Assembly: GCA_020849765.1 (NCBI GenBank)
Contig: JADLAY010000017.1
Coordinates: forward strand, 44,906 to 108,905
DNA from: Anaerolineae bacterium
GTDB lineage: Bacteria; Chloroflexota; Anaerolineae; Aggregatilineales; Phototrophicaceae
Reading direction: 5' to 3'
Length of the DNA stretch: 64,000 bases
Below the pieces are notes generated by a model. It made no database searches and had not been told where the DNA came from. It saw only the letters and a list, made by a program, of their open reading frames with translations. Of this stretch, positions 1 to 8,288 are shown piece by piece (the stretch's first letter is position 1; each line of letters starts with the position of its first letter). A program made the position numbers and the translations under genes.

Positions 1-1575
1 GGCGTCGCCGCCCTGAGCGCGGTGCCCGGCGCGGTCGTGGTTACTGAGGTCGCCTGCCGCCTGCGCCCCGTGAGTTGGATCGCGATTGCGCTCGTCGTTG
101 CCCTTGCGCTCCCGGTAATGGCGCCGCGCTATCCCAACGTCGTCATCGACGAGCCGGTCACGCCGGGCACCAGCATCCGCTACGAGAGCATCTCCGGCAA
201 CCTGGGCGCGGTCGCCACGGCGGAGTACACGCCGCGCTGGGCGCAAGAACGCCCGCTGGCGGAAGGCTCACCCCAATTCTTCGACGATTGGCGCTGGAAC
301 GTCTACGTCTTGCGCGGTAGCCTGCCGGACGACGTCACGATCACAAGTGAGGACGGCGCACAGCGGACGGGCACACGCATCACCATCGACGCGCCGCAAG
401 CGTTCGCGCTCGACGTGCACCAGTTCTACTTCCCCGGCTGGGCGGCGACGCTCGACGGTGCGCCGGTCGAGATCGCGATTGCCGAACCGTACGGCACCAT
501 GCGCATCCAGATTCCGGCGGGCGAGCACACGCTCGAAGTCTGGTACGCAGGCACCGATGCACAGCACACCGGCGATCTGCTGACGCTGGCCGGGCTGGCG
601 ATCTGCGGGCTGCTGCTGACGCGTCGCAAGCAGAGCACGCCGACCGCCTACGTGGACGACGACAGGCGCACGGGATGGATCGTCGCTGCCGCTGCGATCG
701 TGTTCGCGCTGGTCTACGCCGGGATGGCGAGCCGCCCGTCAACGGATGCGCCGTTCACGCCGCCGCAGAATCTCTCGGCGGCGGGCGGCACGTTCGCGGA
801 TGCTGAGGGGACGCCGCAGATCGAACTGCTCGGCGTGAACCTGTCGCAAACGGACGCGATTCAAGCGGGCGACTGGCTCTACGTCGATCTGTACTGGCGC
901 GCGCTCGGCCCGCTCGACCCCGGTTGGCGCTTCGCCCTGACGCTGATCGACCCGACGCTCAGCCTCGTCTGGGCGCAGAGCGATACCGGCGCGCCCGGCG
1001 GCTTCGACCCGACCATCTGGCCAAGCGATCGCTACGTCGTCGACCGGCACGTCCTGCGCATCCGCGAGGATGGCCAACCTTACGTCGCTGATCTGGCCCT
1101 GCGCATCTACAACGAAGATGGCGACGAGCTGACCTACACGGGCGCCCCGCTGCCGTCGATCCGCATCCTCAACCCGACCTGCCCCGCGCCGCCCGTTGAT
1201 TCGACGCCGGTCTCGCTCACGTTTGGCGATGCAATCTCGCTGCGGACCTATTCATGGGAGCAGGATGGGGATACGGCGCGACTCAGGCTCGACTGGACGA
1301 CAAAGACGCCCTCCGGTGAGGACTACGCCCTGTTCATCCATTTTATGCGGGGTGATGAGCTGCTGCTGGCGGCGGATCGCTCGCCGCTTGACGCGTATCC
1401 GTCGTACCTGTGGACGGCGGGCCAATGCCTCGTCCACTATTCGGCCGTCGAGGTGCCGCCCGGCGCCGACCGGGTACTGATCGGCTTCTACGACCGCGCG
1501 ACATTAGCGAGGCTGCCCGCACACGGCAGCGCTGTGACACTCGAAAACGACGGCCTCGTCATCCGGCTGGATTGA
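1..1575 (+). CDS. hypothetical membrane protein, C-terminal portion (frame open to the window start; gene begins upstream)
   Basis: ORF 22..1575 has no in-frame stop back to base 1. Several hydrophobic segments (VSWIAIALVVALALPVMA, LLTLAGLAICGLLLT, GWIVAAAAIVFALVYAGMA). No recognisable catalytic motif. Confidence 0.5.
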   Translation, partial: GVAALSAVPGAVVVTEVACRLRPVSWIAIALVVALALPVMAPRYPNVVIDEPVTPGTSIRYESISGNLGAVATAEYTPRWAQERPLAEGSPQFFDDWRWNVYVLRGSLPDDVTITSEDGAQRTGTRITIDAPQAFALDVHQFYFPGWAATLDGAPVEIAIAEPYGTMRIQIPAGEHTLEVWYAGTDAQHTGDLLTLAGLAICGLLLTRRKQSTPTAYVDDDRRTGWIVAAAAIVFALVYAGMASRPSTDAPFTPPQNLSAAGGTFADAEGTPQIELLGVNLSQTDAIQAGDWLYVDLYWRALGPLDPGWRFALTLIDPTLSLVWAQSDTGAPGGFDPTIWPSDRYVVDRHVLRIREDGQPYVADLALRIYNEDGDELTYTGAPLPSIRILNPTCPAPPVDSTPVSLTFGDAISLRTYSWEQDGDTARLRLDWTTKTPSGEDYALFIHFMRGDELLLAADRSPLDAYPSYLWTAGQCLVHYSAVEVPPGADRVLIGFYDRATLARLPAHGSAVTLENDGLVIRLD

Positions 1576-1612
1576 CGGGCCGCGTTGTGGGGGTTGTGAG
1601 AAGGCTTTTCAA

Positions 1613-1813
1613 TCAGCCGGTTTGACGCACTTCGTCGTCTTCGTCCCAGGCACCGCGTTCCTGGCCCTCGCCGAGCAGGTGCGAGCGGGCTTCGACGACC
1701 TGTTCGAAGTCAACCGGAGCCGGAGCGATCCTGGCGACGCGAGCGTCTTCACCTGAGCCGTCGACCACTTTCGTGCCGAGCGCATCATTCGGGCGGAAGT
1801 TGTCGTGGGTCAT
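1613..1813 (-). CDS. small acidic protein (66 aa), paralog of 2021..2329
   Basis: Start MTHDNFRP preceded by AAGGAAAACGATC-ATG. C-terminus SHLLGEGQERGAWDEDDEVRQTG is near-identical to the C-terminus of the 2021..2329 product. About 100 bp of upstream sequence is also duplicated. Confidence 0.55.
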   Translation of the reverse strand: MTHDNFRPNDALGTKVVDGSGEDARVARIAPAPVDFEQVVEARSHLLGEGQERGAWDEDDEVRQTG

Positions 1814-1899
1814 GATCGTTTTCCTTGCCGGGATAGATGTGCAAAATTTCACAATCAAACCCGTATTAAATCGGAAAACGTGACCCTTCGCAAAGGGAT

Positions 1900-1915
1900 T
1901 GTGACATTTGTCACT
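1900..1915. promoter_or_regulatory. CRP/FNR-family-like palindrome TGTGA-N6-TCAC(T) upstream of small acidic protein gene A
   Basis: About 14 nt upstream of a TTGCGA-N17-TTTAAT sigma70-like promoter on the minus strand. The paralogous region at 2409..2424 keeps only the TGTGA half-site. Confidence 0.35.
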
Positions 1916-2020
1916 AACGAAAACGGCGATCAGGTGACGATCTGCCGCCAGCGGAGTTGTGCTGCTGGGCGCTCGCCGATCGATCCTGAGCGCCGCAGCA
2001 GTCTTCGTCAGATGCGACGC

Positions 2021-2329
2021 TCAGCCCGATTGGCGAACGTCGTCGTCTTCATCGGCCTTGCCGCGTTCCTGCCCTTCGCCGAGCAGACGTGAGCGCCCCT
2101 CGTCGTGATCTTCTTTGTCCGGTGACTTCGTTGACGCTTTGACGTCACGGACGTCTTCGCCCTCGTCGTCGTTCGCTTCATTCTTCTTGCCAAAGGCGTA
2201 GTCACCGTGCGGATCGTCGTCCGCCTTGCTCGCTGGTGTGCGCCCACGCCAACTCACGGACGTCGTATTCTGCAGCGGCGGCGCTTCCTTGTCCTTGCCG
2301 TCCTTCGGCTTTTGTTTGTCGTCGCTCAT
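2021..2329 (-). CDS. small acidic K/D/E-rich protein (102 aa), paralog of 1613..1813
   Basis: Internal start MSDDKQKP of the longer 2021..3112 ORF, preceded by AAGGAAACCATC-ATG. C-terminus SRLLGEGQERGKADEDDDVRQSG shared with the paralog. The longer N-terminal extension overlaps the GT4 gene on the other frame and is rejected. Confidence 0.55.
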   Translation of the reverse strand: MSDDKQKPKDGKDKEAPPLQNTTSVSWRGRTPASKADDDPHGDYAFGKKNEANDDEGEDVRDVKASTKSPDKEDHDEGRSRLLGEGQERGKADEDDDVRQSG

Positions 2330-2415
2330 GATGGTTTCCTTGCTGGATATGACCGTAAAGATTACGACCTTCCCGATCTTAGACCGAAAATGCGCTGCCG
2401 CAAAGGACTTGTGAC

Positions 2416-3543
2416 CTATCTCGCTCCCTGCTGGGTGACCCAGCGGTAGACGGCGTCGATCTGCTCGACCATCGCCGCGAGGCTGAGCGATTCCGCTGTC
2501 CGTCGCGCCTCCACCCGCGCCGCCGCCAGCCGCGCCGGATCGTCGAGCAAGCCCCGGATGGCCGCCGCCATCGCCCCGGCATCGCCCACCGGCACGGCGA
2601 CGCCCAGGCCGCGATGATCCGGCAGCATGCCGACCGCGGTGCCGACTGTGGGCAGGCCGCAGGACGCCGCTTCGAGCGTCGCCAGCGGGCCGGTCTCCGT
2701 CCAGGTTGCCATCAGGTGCAGCGCCGCGCGCCGGTAATGGGCGGGCAGGTCGAGGTGATCGACGCGCCCGATCCAGCGCACGCGCTCGGCCACGCCAAGC
2801 TCGACCGCCAACCGTTCGAGCCGCCCCCGCTCCGGGCCGTCGCCGATCACCTCGAGCGTCACGTCGGCGGGTAGCAGCGCCAGCGCGCGCAGCAGCAGCG
2901 CCTGATCTTTGATCGGGATCAGTGAGCCGACGTGGATCAAACGCCGAGGGTCGTAATCGCCGCCGGGCGTGAAATGATCCGTATCGACGCCGAGACAGAC
3001 GCGCTGCAAACGCTCGGCAGGCACGCGATAGCCGGCCCGCCCGATCAGGCCGTCGCTGTAGGCACAGGTCGAGAGCACGGCATCTGCCCGCAGCGCCTGA
3101 CCGACGATCCACCGGCTGAAGCGCGAGCGCTGCAAGCCGTAGCCGACTTCGGGGAAGCTGACCAGTTCACCGCCCAGGATCGAGACGACCGACGGCAGGC
3201 CGAGCTGCCGCCCTGCCCAGGCGGCCAGCGCGCCGGTCTCATCCGCCCACAGGCCATGGAGCAGATCGAACGGCGCCTCACGATGGAGCCGCCGGATCAC
3301 CCGCAGCGCATCGGCCCACAGCAGCAAACGACGCGCGCCGCTGGCTTGCGCCCAGCCAAGCGCCGTCACACCGACGCCGTCGATGCGATAGCGGTCGCGC
3401 CGGTGTGGATAGCGCAGGGCGATCACGTGGACGTCGTGCGTCTCGGCCAGCCGCGCGATCGTGCGCCGCCAGACCGGCAGCGCCCAGTCGGTCTCGTCAG
3501 TGCTGTGGCCGGGGATCAGGATGCCGACGCGCAAGCGCTTCAC
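2416..3543 (-). CDS. glycosyltransferase family 4 (GT-B, group 1)
   Basis: 375 aa. GT4-type C-terminal half (HLMATWTETGPLATLEAASCGLPTVGTAVG and surrounding) with an N-terminal Rossmann-like half. 4-bp overlap with the downstream GT39 gene suggests an operon. Confidence 0.85.
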   Translation of the reverse strand: MKRLRVGILIPGHSTDETDWALPVWRRTIARLAETHDVHVIALRYPHRRDRYRIDGVGVTALGWAQASGARRLLLWADALRVIRRLHREAPFDLLHGLWADETGALAAWAGRQLGLPSVVSILGGELVSFPEVGYGLQRSRFSRWIVGQALRADAVLSTCAYSDGLIGRAGYRVPAERLQRVCLGVDTDHFTPGGDYDPRRLIHVGSLIPIKDQALLLRALALLPADVTLEVIGDGPERGRLERLAVELGVAERVRWIGRVDHLDLPAHYRRAALHLMATWTETGPLATLEAASCGLPTVGTAVGMLPDHRGLGVAVPVGDAGAMAAAIRGLLDDPARLAAARVEARRTAESLSLAAMVEQIDAVYRWVTQQGAR

Positions 3544-5156
3544 GGTCGCACCTCGTAGAGCGTGAAGTTGCCGTAGCGCCCGATTTCGTCCAGGCCGCGC
3601 GTCTCACGCAGCCAGCGGACGGCGATCTCCGGGCTGAGGCCGCGCCATTGATTCTCGATCTGCCAGCGGTTGATCAGCAGATAATCGGTCGCCCCATCGC
3701 GCGCGCCGGCCAGCGTCTCCGGCGTCTGATCGTAGAGTTCGCGCGGCTCGAAGCGGGTGTAGCGGCGGAGGGGCAGCGCCAGCCCCAGGGCATAAACGCG
3801 CGCGTCGGGCGGGAGCTGCGTCTCCAACCAGGCGATCACCTGCTTGTCTTCGCTCTGGCGGGCGATGAAGGCCCTCGTGTAATCGACGCCGGTCGCGATC
3901 ATCTGCCCCAGCCCGACCGTGCAGACGATCAGCGCCAGCGCGAGCGCAAACCTGCGAACGCGATGCTGAAGCGTGAGCAACGCCTCCAGGCCGAGCGCCG
4001 CCAGCAGTGCGACCGCCGGGACGACGATCAGTGGGAAGCGGATGTTCTGGTACGGTGTCCCGGCCAGGAAGGCGTATGGCAGCAGCAGCCAGCCGAGGGC
4101 GAGGAGAGTCAGTGGTAGGGGCGCCCTCACCCTAAATCCCTCTCCCTGATGGAGAGGGACTTTCACGAGATCTTTTCGCTCCCCTTCTCCCTGAGGGAGA
4201 AGGGGCTGGGGGATGAGGGTCACAGGAGTCTGTCGTCTCTGCGACAGCGTCAACGCCCACTGCTTCCGCCATAGCAGCGCATAGACCCCAACGGCGACCA
4301 GCGGCGCGAGCCACGGCGACAGATAGATCGGCGCGTAGACCGGCTGCGCGTAGAAGGCGGCGTTGGTCGTCGCATACTCGAAATGTCCGTCGGCGTTGTC
4401 GAACGTGCTGCGCAGAGCATTGGCGGGCGACCAGCCGATCACCCACGGATGATCGAGCGCCGGGTAGGGATTGTTCAGGCTGTAGGCCGTCTGCGCGAGG
4501 ACGATCGGCAGCGCGCACAGAGCGGCGATCCCCAGGTGACGGAGCCTGGCGCGCATCGCGATCAGGGCCGCGATCCAGACCGGGACGAGGCCGAGGTAGA
4601 TCCAGCGCGTGACGACGGCGCAGACGAGCGCGACCGCCGCCAGGGCCAGCAAACCCCCACGCCCCGTGCGACCATAGTGCATGAGACCGAGCGCACTCAA
4701 ACTTGCCCAGAACAGCGCCGGAATATCCGACATGAGGACGACGCTCGACTGGATCGCCTGGCCGCCGACGGCGACGATCAGCCCGGCCAGCGCCGCGCTC
4801 CACGGGCGGCAGCCGCACTCGCGCGCCAGCAGGTAGACGATGGCACTGAGCGCGACGCCGATCAGCAGGCCGACCGCCTGCGCCGCGGCGATGCTCCCGC
4901 CGCTGACGGCGAAGACGAGCCCCAGCAGCGCCGGGTAGCCAAGCGGCCAGTAGAACGGCGGGATCGCCTCGCCATGCGCGAGCGCCGCCGACAGCCGCTC
5001 GGCGAAGTCGGCATAGGCGTAGGCGTCCTGGCCGTAAAGACCGTCGAAGCCCGCCCCGGCGAGCACGTGCAGGCGCAGCGCCAGCGCGACGAGGCAGACG
5101 AAAGCGAGGAGGAGTGAGTCGAGTGAAGGGCGAAGGCGGGGAGTCATACCACTCAC
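3540..5156 (-). CDS. glycosyltransferase family 39 / GT-C (ArnT/PMT-like) polytopic membrane protein
   Basis: 538 aa with more than 10 predicted TM helices. N-terminal loop DAYAYADFAERL is typical of PMT_2/ArnT-like enzymes. Carries an in-frame ~100-bp MITE-like insertion (PQPLLPQGEGERKDLVKVPLHQGEGFRVRAPLP). Confidence 0.75.
   Translation of the reverse strand: MSGMTPRLRPSLDSLLLAFVCLVALALRLHVLAGAGFDGLYGQDAYAYADFAERLSAALAHGEAIPPFYWPLGYPALLGLVFAVSGGSIAAAQAVGLLIGVALSAIVYLLARECGCRPWSAALAGLIVAVGGQAIQSSVVLMSDIPALFWASLSALGLMHYGRTGRGGLLALAAVALVCAVVTRWIYLGLVPVWIAALIAMRARLRHLGIAALCALPIVLAQTAYSLNNPYPALDHPWVIGWSPANALRSTFDNADGHFEYATTNAAFYAQPVYAPIYLSPWLAPLVAVGVYALLWRKQWALTLSQRRQTPVTLIPQPLLPQGEGERKDLVKVPLHQGEGFRVRAPLPLTLLALGWLLLPYAFLAGTPYQNIRFPLIVVPAVALLAALGLEALLTLQHRVRRFALALALIVCTVGLGQMIATGVDYTRAFIARQSEDKQVIAWLETQLPPDARVYALGLALPLRRYTRFEPRELYDQTPETLAGARDGATDYLLINRWQIENQWRGLSPEIAVRWLRETRGLDEIGRYGNFTLYEVRP
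4126..4224. repeat. MITE-like palindromic element, copy 1 (in-frame inside the GT39 gene)
   Basis: Ends CCCTCACCC...GGGGGATGAGGG. Internal hairpins CCCTCTCCC-TGA-TGGAGAGGGA and CCCCTTCTCCC-TGA-GGGAGAAGGGG. Confidence 0.7.
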
Positions 5157-5171
5157 CGCGCGCGATCCATC

Positions 5172-5293
5172 GCCAGGGACTCAAGCCCCTGGCTAGGGTT
5201 GCGCCCGGTGAACCGGGCTGCGATGGCCGACGCCACCCGAAAACTAGCCCCGTTTACGGGGCGCAGCCTCAGCCGGATGGTTAACCATCCGGC
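5172..5293 (-). promoter_or_regulatory. four consecutive perfect hairpins between the MerR gene 3' end and the GT39 gene 5' end
   Basis: GCCAGGG-ACTCAAGC-CCCTGGC, GCCCGG-TGAA-CCGGGC, GCCCCG-TTTA-CGGGGC, GCCGGATGG-TTAA-CCATCCGGC. Confidence 0.35.
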
Positions 5294-5335
5294 GGGCACC
5301 AGATCTGGCAACATCGTTCACTTTCGCTTCCCCAT

Positions 5336-6145
5336 TCATACCCGTTGCACCGGGAACTGCACCTCGGTTACGTAGGCATCCGGCGCGATACCCTCGGCGG
5401 GTCCGTGCAGATAGACCTCGCGGCTCGGCCCGGCGATCGGGTAGCCATTCTGCTCGATCCAGCGCATAACGGCGGTGTAGGCGGTGCCGATCGAGTCATA
5501 CTCGCCCTGGTAGATCGTCGTCACCATGTCCGCGCCGGGCAATGCGCGCACCTGGACGCGCCCGTCGCCCTCGCCGCCCACGATGGGCACGACGACCTCG
5601 ACGTCGCAGTCGGACTCGCGGTATTCGCCGTCGTGGAAGATCGCCATCAGCGGCCCGGTCGGCTGGATGCCGCGCGGCATCAGACTGCCGAACAGATCGC
5701 CGACGAGCTGGCCGGTGTGGCTGTAGGTCGGGATGGTGGCCCGCAGCGACGCTACCGTGAGCGACTCGACCGGCTTGAGCACGACTTCGTAGGCGGGCAG
5801 GTCGCCCTCGCGCTCGATCTGCTTGAGCCGCAGCATCAGTTGTTCCAGGCGCTGCTGCTCGGCGGCCATCTGCTGCTCGATCTCGGCGCGGCGCAGGCGG
5901 AACATGCCGCGCAGTTCGTCGGCGGAGATGTCCTCAGCGATCATCTGGCGGATCTGTTCCAGCGAGAAGCCGAGCGCCTTGAGCGCCAGAATGCGATTGA
6001 GGCGCGGCAGTTGATCTGCCGAGTAATAGCGATAGCCGGTCGCCGGGTCGACGCGCGCGGGCTGCAGCAGGCCCTCCTGATCGTAGAAACGAAGCGTCTT
6101 GACGGTGACCTGGCTCAACCTGGAGAATTCGCCGATTTTGAACAT
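5336..6145 (-). CDS. MerR-family transcriptional regulator with C-terminal GyrI-like effector-binding domain (BmrR/TipA-like)
   Basis: Internal start MFKIGEFSRLSQVTVKTLRFYDQEGLL (MerR HTH), coiled-coil linker, C-terminal GyrI-like domain. RBS AAGGACGAG upstream. The N-terminal extension of ORF 5336..6577 has no support. Confidence 0.85.
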   Translation of the reverse strand: MFKIGEFSRLSQVTVKTLRFYDQEGLLQPARVDPATGYRYYSADQLPRLNRILALKALGFSLEQIRQMIAEDISADELRGMFRLRRAEIEQQMAAEQQRLEQLMLRLKQIEREGDLPAYEVVLKPVESLTVASLRATIPTYSHTGQLVGDLFGSLMPRGIQPTGPLMAIFHDGEYRESDCDVEVVVPIVGGEGDGRVQVRALPGADMVTTIYQGEYDSIGTAYTAVMRWIEQNGYPIAGPSREVYLHGPAEGIAPDAYVTEVQFPVQRV

Positions 6146-6155
6146 GCACTCGTCC

Positions 6156-6186
6156 TTGACTCTCCCTTTAGGGGAGGGTGCATCAT
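6156..6186 (+). promoter_or_regulatory. MerR-type promoter/operator candidate (TTGAC, ~19-20 bp spacer containing dyad CTCCC-TTTAG-GGGAG, CATCAT)
   Basis: Lies in the 90-bp divergent region between the MerR gene and the GyrI-like gene. Confidence 0.4.
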
Positions 6187-6235
6187 GAGAGTAGTGTACG
6201 CCAGCATGCCCATCAGCACTACGCGGAGGAACGCG

Positions 6236-6859
6236 ATGCTCACCAAACTCGACCTCAAGAAAGATCTCAAACACCTGTACAACCCGTCGGCCAAGGACTT
6301 CAGCGTGGTCGAGGTGCCACCGCTGCGCTTCCTCATGATCGACGGCGCGGGCGATCCGAATACGTCGCCGGCCTACACGGATGCCGTCAGCGCATTGTTC
6401 GGCGTCGCTAACGCGATCAAGTTCGCCGTCAAGAAAGCGGGGCTGCTCGATTATGCCGTCATGCCGCTCGAAGGGTTGTGGTGGGCAGAGGATATGACGC
6501 AGTTCAGCACGGACGACAAATCGAACTGGCTGTGGACGGTCATGGTCGCCCAGCCGGAGGTCGTGAGCGAGGCGCACGTCGAGGCGGCACTGGCTGCGGT
6601 CAAACGCAAGGCGCCGTCACCCGCGCTGGATCGGGTGCGCTTCGAGATCTTCCACGAGGGGCTATCCGTCCAGATCATGCACATCGGCCCGTTCACGGCG
6701 GAAGGGCCGACCATCGCCCGCCTGCATGGCGAATTCATGCCCGCGCATGGCTACGTCGAAGCCGGGCAGCATCACGAGATCTATCTGACCGACGTCCGCC
6801 GCGCCGCGCCGGAGAAGTGGAAGACCGTCCTTCGTCAGCCGGTGCGCCCGCGCGGTTGA
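6236..6859 (+). CDS. GyrI-like small-molecule-binding domain protein
   Basis: Start MLTKLDLKKDLKHLYNP preceded by GGAGGAAcgcg-ATG. GyrI-like family fold signature (FLMIDGAGDPNTSPAY...). Transcribed divergently from the MerR gene. Confidence 0.7.
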   Translation: MLTKLDLKKDLKHLYNPSAKDFSVVEVPPLRFLMIDGAGDPNTSPAYTDAVSALFGVANAIKFAVKKAGLLDYAVMPLEGLWWAEDMTQFSTDDKSNWLWTVMVAQPEVVSEAHVEAALAAVKRKAPSPALDRVRFEIFHEGLSVQIMHIGPFTAEGPTIARLHGEFMPAHGYVEAGQHHEIYLTDVRRAAPEKWKTVLRQPVRPRG

Positions 6860-8085
6860 TCGCCGCCCAAACCGATCATGAGCGCGATGAAAGCCAGCGC
6901 CTCGACCAGCGCCAACGCTTGAGCTGCGCCCACCGCCCCTGCCCGCTCGATCAGCCAGGCGCTGGCGGCGAACTGGACGACGACCGCCGCGCCATTGACC
7001 AGATTGACCCGCGCTTCGCGCCCGCGCGCATAGCCATCAAGCGTACGCCCGCCGCGCAGCAGTCCGAAGGCGAGCGCCAGGCCGAGCCATTGCAGCGCCG
7101 GAACGGCGGGCGTGAAGTCCGCGCCGAAGACGAGCTCGATCAGCAGCGGGGCGAACAGTGCTAGCGCCGCGCCCGCCAGCACGCCATAGCCGAGCAAGCC
7201 GAGCAGCGCCCGGCGGAAGGTCGCCCGCAGGCGTTGAGGATCGGCGGCCAGGGCGCTCAAGGCCGGGAACAACGCGCCGAAGAAGGCGTTCGGCAGCAGG
7301 CGTGCGGCCTCACTGAAACGGTTCGCCGCCGCGAAATAACCCGCCGCATCCGCCCCGGCCAGGCTTTCGAGCAGGATGAAGCTCAGGCGCATCTGTGCGG
7401 CGAAGAAGACCGCCGCCAACCCGAAATGGCCGCTCGCGCGCAGCAGCGGCAGCACAGCCATCCGCCTCCCGCTCGGCGGCGCGTAATGGCGCGCGCGGTA
7501 GATCCACCAGGCTGCACCCAACTGCCCGGCTGAGGTCAGCGTGTTGATCAGGAAGACGAGCAGCAGGCGCGCGCTCATATCGGCGGATGGTTCCGTCAAT
7601 AGAGCCAGCGCCGTCAACGGCAGTTGCACGACCAGCATGCCGATATTCAGCCACGGGATCGGGCGCATGTCGCCGCGCGCGCGAAAGACCGCCGTGTAGG
7701 TGCTGAACAGCGGTTGGATCAGCACCAGCGGCGCGCTGATCTGCAAGCCGATGGCGGTCAGCGGGTCGGTGCTCAGGCTCGGCGCGGCGACGATCAAGAG
7801 CAGCGTCATGCCGCCGCCCATGATCTGGCGGGCGCGCACCGCCGCTCGCACGAGATCACCGCGGCGCGCCTCGTCCTGCGCGATCTCACGCGTCAGCAGT
7901 GTGCCCAGCCCGAACTCGACCCCCAGCGCCAGCGGCATGACCCAGGCCAGCGCCACGCCGTAGATGCCCAGCCCCTCTGCGCCGAGCGCCCGTCCGATCA
8001 GCGCGGCGAGCAGGAACGACAGCCCGGCCGTGCCGACATTGCTGACGGCGAGCGTGATCGTGTGGGTGGAGAGTCGTCCGCGCAT
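6835..8085 (-). CDS. polysaccharide biosynthesis protein / MOP-superfamily (Wzx-like) flippase
   Basis: 416 aa polytopic membrane protein, Ala/Leu-rich helices throughout, architecture typical of oligosaccharide flippases. Product assignment is moderate. Confidence 0.6.
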   Translation of the reverse strand: MRGRLSTHTITLAVSNVGTAGLSFLLAALIGRALGAEGLGIYGVALAWVMPLALGVEFGLGTLLTREIAQDEARRGDLVRAAVRARQIMGGGMTLLLIVAAPSLSTDPLTAIGLQISAPLVLIQPLFSTYTAVFRARGDMRPIPWLNIGMLVVQLPLTALALLTEPSADMSARLLLVFLINTLTSAGQLGAAWWIYRARHYAPPSGRRMAVLPLLRASGHFGLAAVFFAAQMRLSFILLESLAGADAAGYFAAANRFSEAARLLPNAFFGALFPALSALAADPQRLRATFRRALLGLLGYGVLAGAALALFAPLLIELVFGADFTPAVPALQWLGLALAFGLLRGGRTLDGYARGREARVNLVNGAAVVVQFAASAWLIERAGAVGAAQALALVEALAFIALMIGLGGDQPRGRTG

Positions 8086-8151
8086 GTTCCTCCGAGGCGG
8101 GTGTGATGCGAGGTCGATTGTAGCGGATGGCGACGCAAATCAGGTTGCGGT

Positions 8152-8199
8152 CTCATGTAGGGGCGAGGCGATGCCTCGCCCTGGGTCGCCCTACATGAG
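8152..8199. repeat. nested palindrome (CTCATGTAGGG-GCGAGGC-GAT-GCCTCGCC-...-CCCTACATGAG) in divergent flippase/MFS promoter region
   Basis: Inner GGGCGAGGC/GCCTCGCCC stem resembles the 32933..32960 hairpin. Confidence 0.45.
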
Positions 8200-8288
8200 A
8201 TGTGGCTGGCTCGCAAATCGTGGTTTGTTGGCCTTACATGGACTGCGGGTGATCGGCTATATTCATCCGGCGCAAAAATCATACCAGT

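Noticed and set aside
3405-5184. Long antisense or alternative-frame ORFs across this and other coding regions: 3405..4118, 4132..5184, 4383..5117, the N-terminal 5345..6235 part of ORF 5345..6859, 11207..12427, 12428..13276, 13866..15338, 17249..18082, 20871..22082, 42384..43514, 44759..46270, 47055..48113, 48262..49839, 52364..53137, 56625..58229, 60791..62767, and similar.
   Set aside because: Each overlaps, on the opposite strand or in another frame, a gene with strong motif-level support. High GC content suppresses stop codons and generates such open frames. Their translations are Arg/Ala/Gly-rich low-complexity sequence with no motifs.
5345-6235. N-terminal 297 codons of ORF 5345..6859, which would make a 504-aa protein.
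   Set aside because: This part is antisense to the MerR gene. The GyrI-like domain begins at the Met at 6236, which has a strong GGAGGAA RBS.
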